DNA of 64,000 nt from Chitinophagaceae bacterium MMS25-I14 (GCA_052161885.1 CP197396.1:678399-742398); one strand, 5' to 3'; numbered from the stretch's first letter, positions 30,844 to 40,703 are shown. Numbers and translations are program-made. The notes: a model not told the origin generated them from the letters alone.

Positions 30844-31010
30844 CTGTTTTAATCTATTTAGGTTTTTTAGGGGCTGTCTGCCGATTACTATTTTTCAGCT
30901 TCCGTCCGGGCTGTTCCAGGCTGCGCTGCGCTCCGGTGCTGCATTACACTACGCACTACCCTTGCACATCCCGCAGCCTTTCAGCTTTAGTACTGTTTAC
31001 TTACTACCGC

Positions 31011-31036
31011 CATCCGCATCTCACATCTCATATCTC
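31011..31036. repeat. ATCTCACATCTCATATCTC simple repeat (reverse complement of the GAGATGTGAGAT family), directly after the flotillin stop codon
   Basis: Positions 31018-31036 are a perfect reverse complement of 33434-33452. Confidence 0.6.
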
Positions 31037-31039
31037 CTG

Positions 31040-32962
31040 TTATTTCTCTTCCTTAGGATGATCCGCTTTTTTGTCTGCATTCATCATTTCCATCATCTTC
31101 AGTCCCAGCAGACCGCTTACCGGGCTTTCTGCACCACCATTACCATTGATCAGGATTTCCGGTATCACTTTGATGTGGTTTTTGCCTATTTCTTCCGTGA
31201 TCTTATAACGTGTAAAGTTATCGCCACCCATTGCTTTTACCTGCAGTTCATAAGCTTCCGCGGTAGATTTACCAATAGCCAGGATCTTTTCGGCTTCTGC
31301 ATTACCGGTTTTGGCAATCCGCTCCGCATCCGCAGATGCATTAAGCCTGGTAGACTCTGCCTGCGCACCGGCTCTCAATTTGGTAGCTTCAGATTCTGCA
31401 TCAGCACGCATTTTTGTAGCCTGTGCTTCCGCATTTACCTGCAGCTTCAGACTGGTAGCGTCACCTTCTGCTTTTTTAACTACGGCATCGGCGGTGCGTT
31501 GGGCAATCTCTACGCTCTGCTGTGCTTTTACTATTTCTTTCTGCATGTCTGCAATAGCCGTTTCTTTTTCTACACCCTGGCGCTGTTCCTGTGCCATTTT
31601 CTGCGTCTGGTAAGTCTTCTGTTCTTCTTCGGCTATCTTACGGTCTGTAAGCGTTTTCATCAATGCTTCCGGCGGTACGATATCACCGATCAGGGTGTCT
31701 ACTGCATTTACATTGTACTCGTCGAGCACCGTTTTAATATGCTGCTTGGCTGCGTCCTGCCTTTCTTTACGTGAAGTAAGAAAGTTAATCACATCACTGT
31801 CCTGTGCTGAGTTACGGAAGTAGTTACCGATCGTTGGTTCCAGCACCTGCGATACCAGGTTGGTCATGCTGCCGAAGCGGGCTATTACTTTCGGCGCTTC
31901 GTTGGCCGGTACATGTATGATCTGTGCTACGTCAAGGTTAAAAGGGAACCCGTCTTTTGAACGCACAGTAATTGTCGACAGATTTTTATCCAGTGCATGC
32001 GATTCGCTGCGTGCGTTTGCCCAGTTAAGCACCAGGTTGGTGGTCGGCACCAGCTCCACTTTCATCGTGTAAATGTTTACCGGGTATTTACCAGGTCCCA
32101 GGGGCTCCATCCATACACCACGGAAACCGCGGCTTACGATGTTACCATGCTTAAACGATTCGCCTGTCATATCCAGGCCGTCTTCACCTATATAGCTGAT
32201 AACGACCCCCACATGGCCAATGGGTACTTCGGTCATAACACGTTCTTCTATCTGCACGGCCCATGGGTTTATGTAGTAAGAACCCGCCAGTATCACCTGT
32301 GGCTGCAGACCGCGGTTACCGCCGTTTTTCAGGAAAGTATCTATGTCCTGGAAGTTGTTATGGCCATCCACATCCTTACCGGCAATCTGCCCCTGCGGTA
32401 TCGGCTCACCGTCCAGTGTGGTAACGATGCCCACGCGGTTTTCATGAATGGTCACCTGGTCTGTGATGGCAATGTCAAACAGGAATGTATTGATACGATA
32501 GGAACCTGCCGTCATAAAACCCGTCTGCCGGCCACGCTGTCCGCCACCGGAAAGGAATTTTGTAGCATCCTGGAAGTTATCGCATTCTATTTTACGTGCA
32601 AGGATACGGCCTGTAGGTATTTCAGCACCGTCTTTTGATAATACCAGCCCGATCTTGCCTTCCGGGATAATGGTAAACGGTGTCATGTCTACACTGTACT
32701 GCCAGGGCCACATAAACCAGTACAGGCCTGGCGCCAGCGTCGCGGCCTGGAAGCCGGCTTCGCCGTTGGTGGCAATAATACGGCCGTCGGGCAATGAACG
32801 GTCAGCACCGAACAATACGAATTTTTTGGTGACCAGCCCGATCTTATTTTCCGGCACGATTACCATACCGAAAATAACGCGGAGAATGATCTTGTACAGG
32901 ACAAGGGCAACAAGAAGGAATAGCACCCACCAGTAGTGGGACATCAGGTCTGAAAATGACAT
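31040..32962 (-). CDS. flotillin-like SPFH domain protein (YqiK/FloA-type)
   Basis: An N-terminal TM segment is followed by a duplicated SPFH region. The C-terminal tail is Ala/Glu/Lys-rich coiled coil (AEAQATKMRADAESEATKLRAGAQAESTRL...), typical of flotillins. Confidence 0.85.
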   Translation of the reverse strand: MSFSDLMSHYWWVLFLLVALVLYKIILRVIFGMVIVPENKIGLVTKKFVLFGADRSLPDGRIIATNGEAGFQAATLAPGLYWFMWPWQYSVDMTPFTIIPEGKIGLVLSKDGAEIPTGRILARKIECDNFQDATKFLSGGGQRGRQTGFMTAGSYRINTFLFDIAITDQVTIHENRVGIVTTLDGEPIPQGQIAGKDVDGHNNFQDIDTFLKNGGNRGLQPQVILAGSYYINPWAVQIEERVMTEVPIGHVGVVISYIGEDGLDMTGESFKHGNIVSRGFRGVWMEPLGPGKYPVNIYTMKVELVPTTNLVLNWANARSESHALDKNLSTITVRSKDGFPFNLDVAQIIHVPANEAPKVIARFGSMTNLVSQVLEPTIGNYFRNSAQDSDVINFLTSRKERQDAAKQHIKTVLDEYNVNAVDTLIGDIVPPEALMKTLTDRKIAEEEQKTYQTQKMAQEQRQGVEKETAIADMQKEIVKAQQSVEIAQRTADAVVKKAEGDATSLKLQVNAEAQATKMRADAESEATKLRAGAQAESTRLNASADAERIAKTGNAEAEKILAIGKSTAEAYELQVKAMGGDNFTRYKITEEIGKNHIKVIPEILINGNGGAESPVSGLLGLKMMEMMNADKKADHPKEEK

Positions 32963-33404
32963 GTTTTGTAACTGTTTATGTGATTATGAATAAAAAAATG
33001 AAAACGAAAATTTGCATTCCCGGTCTTATACCGGGGATAATATTTCCTTTGAGGAACATATGTATAACGCTGCTCAGAAACCGCATGGCGGATGAACCAT
33101 CTTTTTATGGTTGACCATGTGCTCCGGAAGATAAAAAGGCAGTTTGCTGATAACTGTGGCTGTTACTTCTTGCAGGGTTGTTGGATGTAAAGACTGGTTC
33201 TCTGTAGAAACTCCGTCTGTTGTTGCCATGTTGGCTATTGTTGATTTGACGGAGTAAAATTAGGATGGTTTTAACGATCCGCAATACACCATAAGAAAAT
33301 ATGATTAAAGAAAAAACGATGTAAAACATCCCGGGAGATAAGCTGGTAGCCGCTCCCGATGGCAAAAGAACACATTTTCGATCCATAGATATTTTATATG
33401 CGTG

Positions 33405-33492
33405 GGAGATTTGAGATGTGGGATTTGAGATTTGAGATATGAGATGTGAGATTTGGGATGTGAGATACTGGATACCGGATACCGGATATTGA
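33405..33492. repeat. tandem simple-sequence array (GAGATNTG)n followed by (GGATACCGGAT)n
   Basis: The array reads ggagatttgagatgtgggatttgagatttgagatatgagatgtgagatttgggatgtgagatactggataccggataccggat. The ORF 33105-33506 is a translation artefact of this array. Confidence 0.7.
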
Positions 33493-33533
33493 CAGAATAA
33501 AACCAACAGTGCGGGTATTAGCTAATTGGCTCA

Positions 33534-34655
33534 TCAGCTAATTATAGCCCGGTACATCTTTCCGGGTAATGTTTTTATCAGACCCTGCATTTCCAGCTGC
33601 AGTAATGTAATGGCCAGTGCAGAGTCTGAAAGTCCGCTATGGTGCAATAATTCATCACTGTGTACTGCTTCTTTCTGCTGCAGCATCTTCATAATACTTT
33701 GCTCTTCGCCGGATAAGACAAACATGAGTTGCTGCGGGATTGTTTTCTTTGGTTTTATATTGCCCCAGTTCATCAGCCGCTGCAGATCTTCAGCTCCTGT
33801 GATCAGAGATGCCAGATTACGTTGTATCAGCTCATTGCAGCCCTCCGAACGGGAATCATTTACACGGCCCGGGAAAGCAGCAACTTCGCGGCCATAGCTG
33901 CTTGCCAGGTAAGCAGTGATAATTGCTCCCCCTTTCCGGTTGCTTTCCACCACCACTGTTACATCGCACAGACCGGCCACAATGCGGTTGCGTACCGGGA
34001 AATTTGTCTTATCCGGTTTGGTACCGTGCGGAAATTCTGTAAGTATGCCGCCCTTTGCAGCCATTTCATTGGCCAGTTGTTTGTTGTCTGCCGGATAAAT
34101 GCGGTCTATGCCATGCCCCAGCACACCTACAGTAGGCAAACCCGCAGCCAGGCTTGCTTTGTGGGCAATTGTATCAATACCGTGCGCCAGTCCGCTTACA
34201 ACGAGCAAATCCGGCACATCACGAAGTCCTTCAATCAGCTCCTCTGTCATCCGCTGGCCATATTCTGTGTTGCGGCGTGTGCCTATCACAGAAACAATCC
34301 GCCCGGCGTCCAGGTTTGCATTACCTTTCCGGTACAGGAGTACAGGAGCGTCGTTGCAGCCGCGCAGTCGTTGCGGATAATTTTCATCATTGATAAAAAG
34401 TATGTCAATATTGTGTTTCCGGACAAACGCCAGCTCTTCTTCGGCCTGCTGCATTACGATTGGCTCTTTGCAGGCTTTGGCCTTAATGTCGCCCATGCCG
34501 GGCACAAGGCGCAATTCTTTCACCGGGGCTTTTATTACTTCTTCGGGCGTGCCGAAATGCTCCAGCAGCGCCACGGCAAGTTTGGGACCTATGCCTTGTA
34601 TAAAGCTCATGGCCAACGTATGGATTAAGTTTTCATTAGTATTGTCTGGCAACAT
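33534..34655 (-). CDS. dprA: DNA-processing protein DprA (Smf)
   Basis: Rossmann-like DprA core (GTRRNTEYG, VVSGLAHGIDTIAH, GGAIITA). Length 373 aa. Confidence 0.9.
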   Translation of the reverse strand: MLPDNTNENLIHTLAMSFIQGIGPKLAVALLEHFGTPEEVIKAPVKELRLVPGMGDIKAKACKEPIVMQQAEEELAFVRKHNIDILFINDENYPQRLRGCNDAPVLLYRKGNANLDAGRIVSVIGTRRNTEYGQRMTEELIEGLRDVPDLLVVSGLAHGIDTIAHKASLAAGLPTVGVLGHGIDRIYPADNKQLANEMAAKGGILTEFPHGTKPDKTNFPVRNRIVAGLCDVTVVVESNRKGGAIITAYLASSYGREVAAFPGRVNDSRSEGCNELIQRNLASLITGAEDLQRLMNWGNIKPKKTIPQQLMFVLSGEEQSIMKMLQQKEAVHSDELLHHSGLSDSALAITLLQLEMQGLIKTLPGKMYRAIIS

Positions 34656-34718
34656 ATTTGCAAAAGGATTTAAAGCAGTAGTAGCTTGCTATATTTGTAA
34701 CCTTGAAAATATAAAAAA

Positions 34719-35189
34719 ATGAAAAAGAACATAATAAGTACAATTTTTCTGTTAATGACGGCCATCGCGGCAAATGCCCAGAAGGTTCCGGAATACGTAC
34801 GTATGGGCCGTACTGCCTGCTTTGGCCGCTGCCCCATTTATTCTGTAGAAATTTATAAAAACGGTCTTGTCCGTTACTCCGGCCAGATGTTTACCCAGCA
34901 TCAGGGTGTGTATGAGAAGAAAATTACCAAAACTAAGGCTGCACAACTTCTGAAACAGTTCAGTTCTTACCGGCCCGATACCTGCAGCGCCATATATGAG
35001 AAAAGGATCCCCGATCTTCCGGGCATGTTCCTGGTTTTTAATTACGGGGACAAACAGAATGAGAAGAAAATTATTAACGCAGATTCCGGCCCGTTTTTTC
35101 TTAAATCCATCGGCCGCACTCTTGATAGTCTCGGGGGTGTAAATAAAAGCTGGAAGAAAGTTGCAGATACTGCCATTGTGAAGTACTAG
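34719..35189 (+). CDS. hypothetical secreted protein
   Basis: Signal peptide MKKNIISTIFLLMTAIAANAQ, followed by a Cys-containing motif CFGRCPIY. Confidence 0.45.
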   Translation: MKKNIISTIFLLMTAIAANAQKVPEYVRMGRTACFGRCPIYSVEIYKNGLVRYSGQMFTQHQGVYEKKITKTKAAQLLKQFSSYRPDTCSAIYEKRIPDLPGMFLVFNYGDKQNEKKIINADSGPFFLKSIGRTLDSLGGVNKSWKKVADTAIVKY

Positions 35190-35214
35190 CTTTGTTTAAT
35201 AACGGACTATTACA

Positions 35215-35550
35215 ATGAACCTGCTTACAAGACTTATCATAAATACACTGGCCGTTTTTGCGGCGTCATATATCCTGCCGGGTATACATGTACACAATTT
35301 CACAACGGCTATTGTGGTGGCTGTAGTACTTGCATTGCTCAATGCTTTCCTGAAACCGTTACTGGTATTGCTTACTATACCGGTCACCATTGTGACACTC
35401 GGATTATTCCTGCTGGTGATCAATGCAGTGATCGTGCTGATATGCGCGGAACTGGTACACGGCTTCCGTGTCGACGGTTTTTTCTATGCATTGCTGTTCA
35501 GCCTTGTTATTTCTTTGTTCAGCAGTATTATGGAACGGCTTGCGAAGTAA
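35215..35550 (+). CDS. phage-holin-superfamily-IV-like membrane protein (DUF360/YvlD-like)
   Basis: 111 aa with 4 TM helices. The N-terminus LLTRLIINTLAVFAASYILPGIHV is typical of DUF360. Confidence 0.55.
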   Translation: MNLLTRLIINTLAVFAASYILPGIHVHNFTTAIVVAVVLALLNAFLKPLLVLLTIPVTIVTLGLFLLVINAVIVLICAELVHGFRVDGFFYALLFSLVISLFSSIMERLAK

Positions 35551-35682
35551 TTTTAACCGCAGAGAACGCAAAGAATGACGCCAGGGAGCGCTAAGTTTTT
35601 TTACCTGTAAAATATCTTCGCGTTCTTCGCGGCTCTCAGCGATCTTTGCGGTTTCTTTTATTACCGGCTTATTGTCCGGCAC

Positions 35683-35690
35683 TAAATTTG
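35683..35690 (+). promoter_or_regulatory. -7 element TAaaTTTG upstream of the helicase gene
   Basis: Exact TAnnTTTG match 15 nt before the ATG. Confidence 0.3.
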
Positions 35691-35704
35691 TGTAATTTTC
35701 CGCC

Positions 35705-37927
35705 ATGAGCCTCACCGGAAATTCATTGTTTGACCTTGCAGCGTCGTACGTTCATCATACCAACAGGCATATATTCCTTACCGGCCGCGCAGGCACAGGT
35801 AAAACCACGTTCCTGAAACAGATACAGCAACAGACAAAAAAGAATACGGTTGTTGTTGCCCCCACAGGTGTAGCTGCTATCAATGCAGGAGGTGTTACGA
35901 TGCACTCCTTTTTCCAACTGCCTTTCGGACCGTTTATTCCCGGCAACAGGAAAGGCTTTGAACATGGTACTGCAGGTACAGACCAGCACTCACTTTTTAA
36001 AAATATACGCTTCAACAGCAATAAAAGAAAACTGCTGCAGGAGCTGGAGCTGCTCATCATTGACGAGATATCGATGGTGCGGGCAGATATGCTGGATGCA
36101 GCCGACCTGATACTGCGGCATTTCCGGAAGAAATACAGCCAGCCATTTGGTGGCGTGCAGGTGGCGTATATCGGTGATATGTTCCAGCTGCCGCCGGTTG
36201 TGGCCAATGAAGAATGGGAAATACTGGGCAGGTACTACAAGAGCCCTTTTTTCTTCGATTCATGGGTTGCACAGCAGGTGCCGCCTTTGTTTATAGAATT
36301 GAAGAAAATATACCGCCAGAATGATGCAGACTTTATAAACCTGCTGAATAATGTGCGTAACAACCAGGCCACAGATAACGATCTCGCGGTACTCAACAGT
36401 TATTACAATGCTTCTTTCCAGCCCAAAAATAACGACCGTTACATACTGCTCAGTTCGCATAACCACAAAGCGGACGAAGTAAACCAGCAGGAACTGAAAC
36501 GCCTGAAAGGCCATCAGTATAGTTTTGAAGGTGAGCTGAAGGGTGAATTCAGCGAAAAAGCATTGCCTGCCGACCAGGTGCTGTATCTCAAAGAAGGTGC
36601 CCAGATCATGTTCATCAAAAACGATAAGGGCGAAGCACGCAGGTATTACAACGGCAAGCTGGCACAGGTAAGCAGCATTACGGAAGACGGCATTTTTGTA
36701 CGTTTTACAGAAGATGACGAACCGTTTCTGCTTGAAAAAGAAACCTGGAAAAATGTCCGCTACCAGTTTAATGAAAAAGAAGACAAGATCGAGGAAGAAG
36801 AACTGGGCAGCTTTACGCAATACCCTATCCGGCTGGCATGGGCCATTACCATTCACAAAAGCCAGGGACTTACTTTTGAAAGAGCCATTATAGATGCGGG
36901 CGCCTCATTTGCTGCAGGACAGGTATATGTGGCCTTAAGCCGGCTTACTTCGCTCAAAGGGCTTGTACTTCATTCGCACATACGTCCGGAAGCCATTTCT
37001 ACAGATGAGCGGGTGCTGGCATTTTACAATACAGAGCTGGCAGAGGCAGAAATAGAACGCGAACTGGCCAACAGCAGGCTGGCTTTTCTGGCAGAGAAAC
37101 TTTCTATATTTTTTGACTGGACCAACCTGCTTACAGAGCTGCAGGAACATCATAAAGGTTATGCAGACCGGCAATTTCCCGATAAGCAAAGAGCTATGGA
37201 TTGGTCGGCGGCACTGCAACAGAAAGCGACAGCGCTGGCACAAACGTCAGAGAAATTCAAGATTCAGCTGCAGCAACTTATTTCCGTGGCAAGCGGCGAT
37301 TACAAACACCTGCATGAACGTACCGGCGCAGCTGTTGATTATTTCACCAAAAACATCAACGAACAATTACTGCATTCATTACGGCAGCATTATGATGAAA
37401 TAAAAATCCGCAAGAACGTACGCCAATACCTCCGTGCGCTGGACGATCTGAAAATTGCCTTTTTTAAAAAGAAGAAACAACTGGAGCAGGCGCTGGTACT
37501 GTCTGGCGGGCTTGCAGAAGGAAAAACTGAGGAAGTCGTGCTGGAAAAACTGCAGGAAATAAAACTTGCCGACGAAGACTGGAAAGTAACACCGGATGCG
37601 GTTTCTTCACTACCCAAAGACGACAGTAAAACGATCAGTTTCCAGATGATGCAGAAAGGTATGATGATTGATGAAATAGCGGAAGCGCGTGGATTATCAC
37701 ATACAACTATCGAAAGCCACCTGATGCATTTTATTAAATCCGGAGATGTGAGTGTTTCTATGTTTGTAAGTGACGAACATAAAGATGCAATTATGACTGT
37801 AATAGCGGCAACGGAAGATAAAGGTGCTTCTGCCATAAAAGCAAAGCTGGGCGACGAATTTACTTATTCAGAGATCCGTGCGGTAATGAATTATATGGAT
37901 TTCCTGGAGACAAAAGTAAAAGCCTGA
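35705..37927 (+). CDS. Pif1/RecD-family 5'-3' DNA helicase with C-terminal HTH domain
   Basis: Walker A GRAGTGKT, an AAA_30/Pif1 core (LIIDEISMV) and a C-terminal helicase HTH region. Length 740 aa. Confidence 0.85.
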   Translation: MSLTGNSLFDLAASYVHHTNRHIFLTGRAGTGKTTFLKQIQQQTKKNTVVVAPTGVAAINAGGVTMHSFFQLPFGPFIPGNRKGFEHGTAGTDQHSLFKNIRFNSNKRKLLQELELLIIDEISMVRADMLDAADLILRHFRKKYSQPFGGVQVAYIGDMFQLPPVVANEEWEILGRYYKSPFFFDSWVAQQVPPLFIELKKIYRQNDADFINLLNNVRNNQATDNDLAVLNSYYNASFQPKNNDRYILLSSHNHKADEVNQQELKRLKGHQYSFEGELKGEFSEKALPADQVLYLKEGAQIMFIKNDKGEARRYYNGKLAQVSSITEDGIFVRFTEDDEPFLLEKETWKNVRYQFNEKEDKIEEEELGSFTQYPIRLAWAITIHKSQGLTFERAIIDAGASFAAGQVYVALSRLTSLKGLVLHSHIRPEAISTDERVLAFYNTELAEAEIERELANSRLAFLAEKLSIFFDWTNLLTELQEHHKGYADRQFPDKQRAMDWSAALQQKATALAQTSEKFKIQLQQLISVASGDYKHLHERTGAAVDYFTKNINEQLLHSLRQHYDEIKIRKNVRQYLRALDDLKIAFFKKKKQLEQALVLSGGLAEGKTEEVVLEKLQEIKLADEDWKVTPDAVSSLPKDDSKTISFQMMQKGMMIDEIAEARGLSHTTIESHLMHFIKSGDVSVSMFVSDEHKDAIMTVIAATEDKGASAIKAKLGDEFTYSEIRAVMNYMDFLETKVKA

Positions 37928-38007
37928 TCATAGAATACGTAATGTTATCCCGAACGAAACGTAATGTAGTGAAGGAGCTCAGACAATATGACCAACGTGC
38001 GTAAATT

Positions 38008-38035
38008 GTCATCCTGAGCGCAGTAGAAGGATGAC
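38008..38035. repeat. REP-like perfect palindrome gtcatcctgagcgcagtagaaggatgac
   Basis: The arms GTCATCCT and AGGATGAC are perfectly complementary. The element is nested inside a larger imperfect inverted repeat (cccgaacgaaacgt ... acgtttcgggg). Confidence 0.65.
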
Positions 38036-38099
38036 AACGTTTCGGGGAAACAACGTCGATAAAATTATTGGATGCATGTAATGGTGCAATTCCGCGGTA

Positions 38100-38885
38100 C
38101 TACATTTCAATAACATTCCTTCTGACAAACGGAGATGATAAAAAGCGCCACAGTATCTTGGGTTTTGTGAGCCATGCAATTGCTGTTCCATTGATATTGT
38201 TGTGAAGTATCCTGTCTGCAATCCATGGCGCTATAGTCTCTACATGATCTGCCAGTATGCTGAAGATCTTTTTCATGCGCGGAGTTATGGGTGCATCGCC
38301 GGCATGCAGCAGCAGGTCTGTAGCTACCATACCGGGAGAAATACTGCCCACCTGCACATTGGTTCCTGCTACGTCTTTCGCCAGTGCCTTGGTAAGATAC
38401 GCGATACCGCGTTTAGTGCTTCCATACAGCCCAAAGCCCTTTACCTGCATACCGTTGCTGCCAAGGCCCAGCATATTATACAGAGAACCACTACCTCGTT
38501 TTATCATTCCCGTCAGCGCTACATGCGATCCGTTCATGGCACCGAGAAAATTGGTATCCGCAACAGACCGTACCTGCTCAGGCCGTTGCTCCCAGAAGCT
38601 TTTCTGCGGGTGGCTTTGCCCGGCATTATTGATCCATATATCCACCTGCCCGAAATGCTGTACTGCCGTTTCCCATAAATGCATTACAGCCGCATAATCT
38701 GCTACATCACAGAAACACCCGTAAATCCGGTCTATCATATGCTTGTCTTCCAGCGTCTGCACCGCAGCGATCACTGCTTTTTCACTCCGGCTGTTGATAA
38801 CAACATTGCATCCCCTGGCAAGAAATGCATCTGCAAGCCCATACCCGATGCCCTTGCTGCTCCCTGTGATCACTACTGTTTTCAT
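38100..38885 (-). CDS. SDR family oxidoreductase
   Basis: The start is taken at MKTVVITGSSKGIGYG (TGxxxGIG cofactor motif). YxxxK (YGSTK) is present. The ORF-track N-extension to 39002 is unlikely to be real. Confidence 0.8.
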   Translation of the reverse strand: MKTVVITGSSKGIGYGLADAFLARGCNVVINSRSEKAVIAAVQTLEDKHMIDRIYGCFCDVADYAAVMHLWETAVQHFGQVDIWINNAGQSHPQKSFWEQRPEQVRSVADTNFLGAMNGSHVALTGMIKRGSGSLYNMLGLGSNGMQVKGFGLYGSTKRGIAYLTKALAKDVAGTNVQVGSISPGMVATDLLLHAGDAPITPRMKKIFSILADHVETIAPWIADRILHNNINGTAIAWLTKPKILWRFLSSPFVRRNVIEM

Positions 38886-39020
38886 TGTGACTCCGTTTTC
38901 TGGTTGTATAAAATTCGGTATTTGCCATATGCAACAGAAATGATTTTTCCCCCGGAAATAATTGTATAAATACAAATGCCTCCCCGGAGGAAGGCATCGC
39001 ATATATGATTTCTTTATCTG

Positions 39021-40181
39021 CTACGGATCAATAGCGCCTTCCAGCACGTCCAGCTTCTGTACGTAATGCATGGAAGTAGCAATGTACACATCAGCCGGTA
39101 CAGACTGTCCGATACTCACATCTTCCAGCAGACGGCTGTTGTCAAAAATATGTCCCAGCTCCATAAATTCAAGATAAGGATCAAGACCGGTGAACAGCAG
39201 GCGCAGGTTTCCTTTTTCTTCAAAAGCATGTTTCCAGTATTCGAGATAGTCGTTGTAGACATACAGCTCGCTTTCCGGGTTCAGGCGGTCGCGCGTCCAG
39301 TGCTTTACTTGCCCGAGCATGTCTTTGTGAATAAACCTGAAAGGCGGCATATCCTCAAAATACTCCGAGAGCGTACGGGCCAAATCGTAAGCAGTTGTCG
39401 AACCGGTTTCACCTGCGGAAATATGATAGACGTTGTATTTTCTTTTGGAAAAAAGCAGTTCCGTAATGGCGTCGGCAGCATAGTCTACCGGTATGATATC
39501 CAGTTTTGCATGTTCATTTACCGGTATCAGGCGCAGATGGTTGATGGTTGCCATAGCCCAGAGAATAACAGGAGAACGCGGCATTACCGGCCGGCTGTCA
39601 CCCATAATAATAGAAGGACGGGCAATCAGTATTTTATCCTTCGGCAGGTGCTCGCGTATCAGCAGTTCGCCCTGCATCTTGGTATACGTGTACCTTACCA
39701 CATGGCTGGCCGCCGGGTTGGGCGATTCATCTTCCTGCACTACCCTGTGCTTTACGTCTTTACCACAAATAGTTGCCGTGCCTATGTAAAGGAACGTTTC
39801 CAGCGCAGGCAGTTGTTTTGCCCACATCAGTATTTTGGTGAGCCCACCGATATTGGCCTTTTCGACCAATGCATCATTGACACGTGAAAAAGATGTATTG
39901 GCCGCTGAATGAACGACTGTATTTACCGATTGCAGCGCGGCATTGACCTGAAGCATATCTGTAAGCCCGTCATCAAAAAGGTTACCTAATACAGGGATGA
40001 TCTTTGCCGGATCATAATGATCGTCATGCAACCTGAAAACCTGTGCGAGCCGTGCGTTTGCGTCATCCTCAGTTTTGGCACGCACCAGGCAGAATATCTT
40101 TTCTACCTCTGCTCTTTTGGAAAGGTTAATGAGTAACTCTCCGCCTACAAGACCGGTTGCACCCGTTAAAAAAATGTTCAT
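39021..40181 (-). CDS. NAD(P)-binding thioester/fatty-acyl reductase-like protein (NAD_binding_4, male-sterility family)
   Basis: IFLTGATGLVGGELL N-terminus and a YTYTK active-site motif. Length 386 aa. Confidence 0.7.
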   Translation of the reverse strand: MNIFLTGATGLVGGELLINLSKRAEVEKIFCLVRAKTEDDANARLAQVFRLHDDHYDPAKIIPVLGNLFDDGLTDMLQVNAALQSVNTVVHSAANTSFSRVNDALVEKANIGGLTKILMWAKQLPALETFLYIGTATICGKDVKHRVVQEDESPNPAASHVVRYTYTKMQGELLIREHLPKDKILIARPSIIMGDSRPVMPRSPVILWAMATINHLRLIPVNEHAKLDIIPVDYAADAITELLFSKRKYNVYHISAGETGSTTAYDLARTLSEYFEDMPPFRFIHKDMLGQVKHWTRDRLNPESELYVYNDYLEYWKHAFEEKGNLRLLFTGLDPYLEFMELGHIFDNSRLLEDVSIGQSVPADVYIATSMHYVQKLDVLEGAIDP

Positions 40182-40198
40182 AAGATTTTATGTGTGAC

Positions 40199-40516
40199 TT
40201 ATGCTTCCGAAAGTTCTAAACCCAGTATTCCCAGGATAATTAATGCTATTGAAATGATTTTCAGAGTGGAGATGTGTTCATGGTAAAATACAACACCGAT
40301 GATGGCGATCAACGCAGTGCCGGCGCTGGCCCAGATGGCGTAAGCTATACTTACTTCCATCTTTTCGAGTACAAATACCAGTACTGCGAGGCTGATCCCG
40401 TAAAATACAAAGACCAGTACAGACGGTATAAGTTTAGTAAATCCATCTGCATATTTCATCGAGATGGTGCCCAGCACTTCAAATAAGATACCCAGGGCGA
40501 GTATGAGCCATTTCAT
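40199..40516 (-). CDS. SMR family small multidrug resistance transporter (EmrE/SugE-like)
   Basis: 105 aa with 4 TM helices. The conserved Glu lies in TM1 (LFEVLGT). Confidence 0.85.
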   Translation of the reverse strand: MKWLILALGILFEVLGTISMKYADGFTKLIPSVLVFVFYGISLAVLVFVLEKMEVSIAYAIWASAGTALIAIIGVVFYHEHISTLKIISIALIILGILGLELSEA

Positions 40517-40654
40517 ACCGTATTGTTTTATTTTATTATTTCCGCCTGAAAAAGATCATTTTCCGTGATACGGTAAGCGACGAAGGTAATATTTTATATC
40601 AAAAATTATCCGTTAAAGTGAGCCCTCACTTTGTACAGAATACCGTGTACAAGA

Positions 40655-40688
40655 AAAGACCGGGAACACCCGGCCTTTTTCTCTTTAT
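40655..40688. terminator. bidirectional rho-independent terminator downstream of icd
   Basis: aagaccgggaacacccggcc hairpin flanked by an A-run and a T-run. Confidence 0.5.
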
Positions 40689-40703
40689 TATTTAATATAA
40701 ATA

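Noticed and set aside
33405-33492. Possible CRISPR array
   Set aside because: The repeat period is only about 8-11 bp with no unique spacers and no cas genes nearby. It is a simple-sequence tandem repeat.
33105-33506. 133-aa minus-strand ORF with repetitive SQISH/ISQISN peptide
   Set aside because: It is a translation of the (GAGATNTG)n tandem array. Its composition is dictated by the repeat, so it is not a gene.
36260-36856. 198-aa minus-strand ORF
   Set aside because: It is embedded antisense in the Pif1 helicase gene.
38886-39002. N-terminal 39-codon extension of the SDR gene in the ORF track
   Set aside because: The extension precedes a canonical MKTVVITGSSKGIG Rossmann start and contains no conserved residues. 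The shorter start is preferred.
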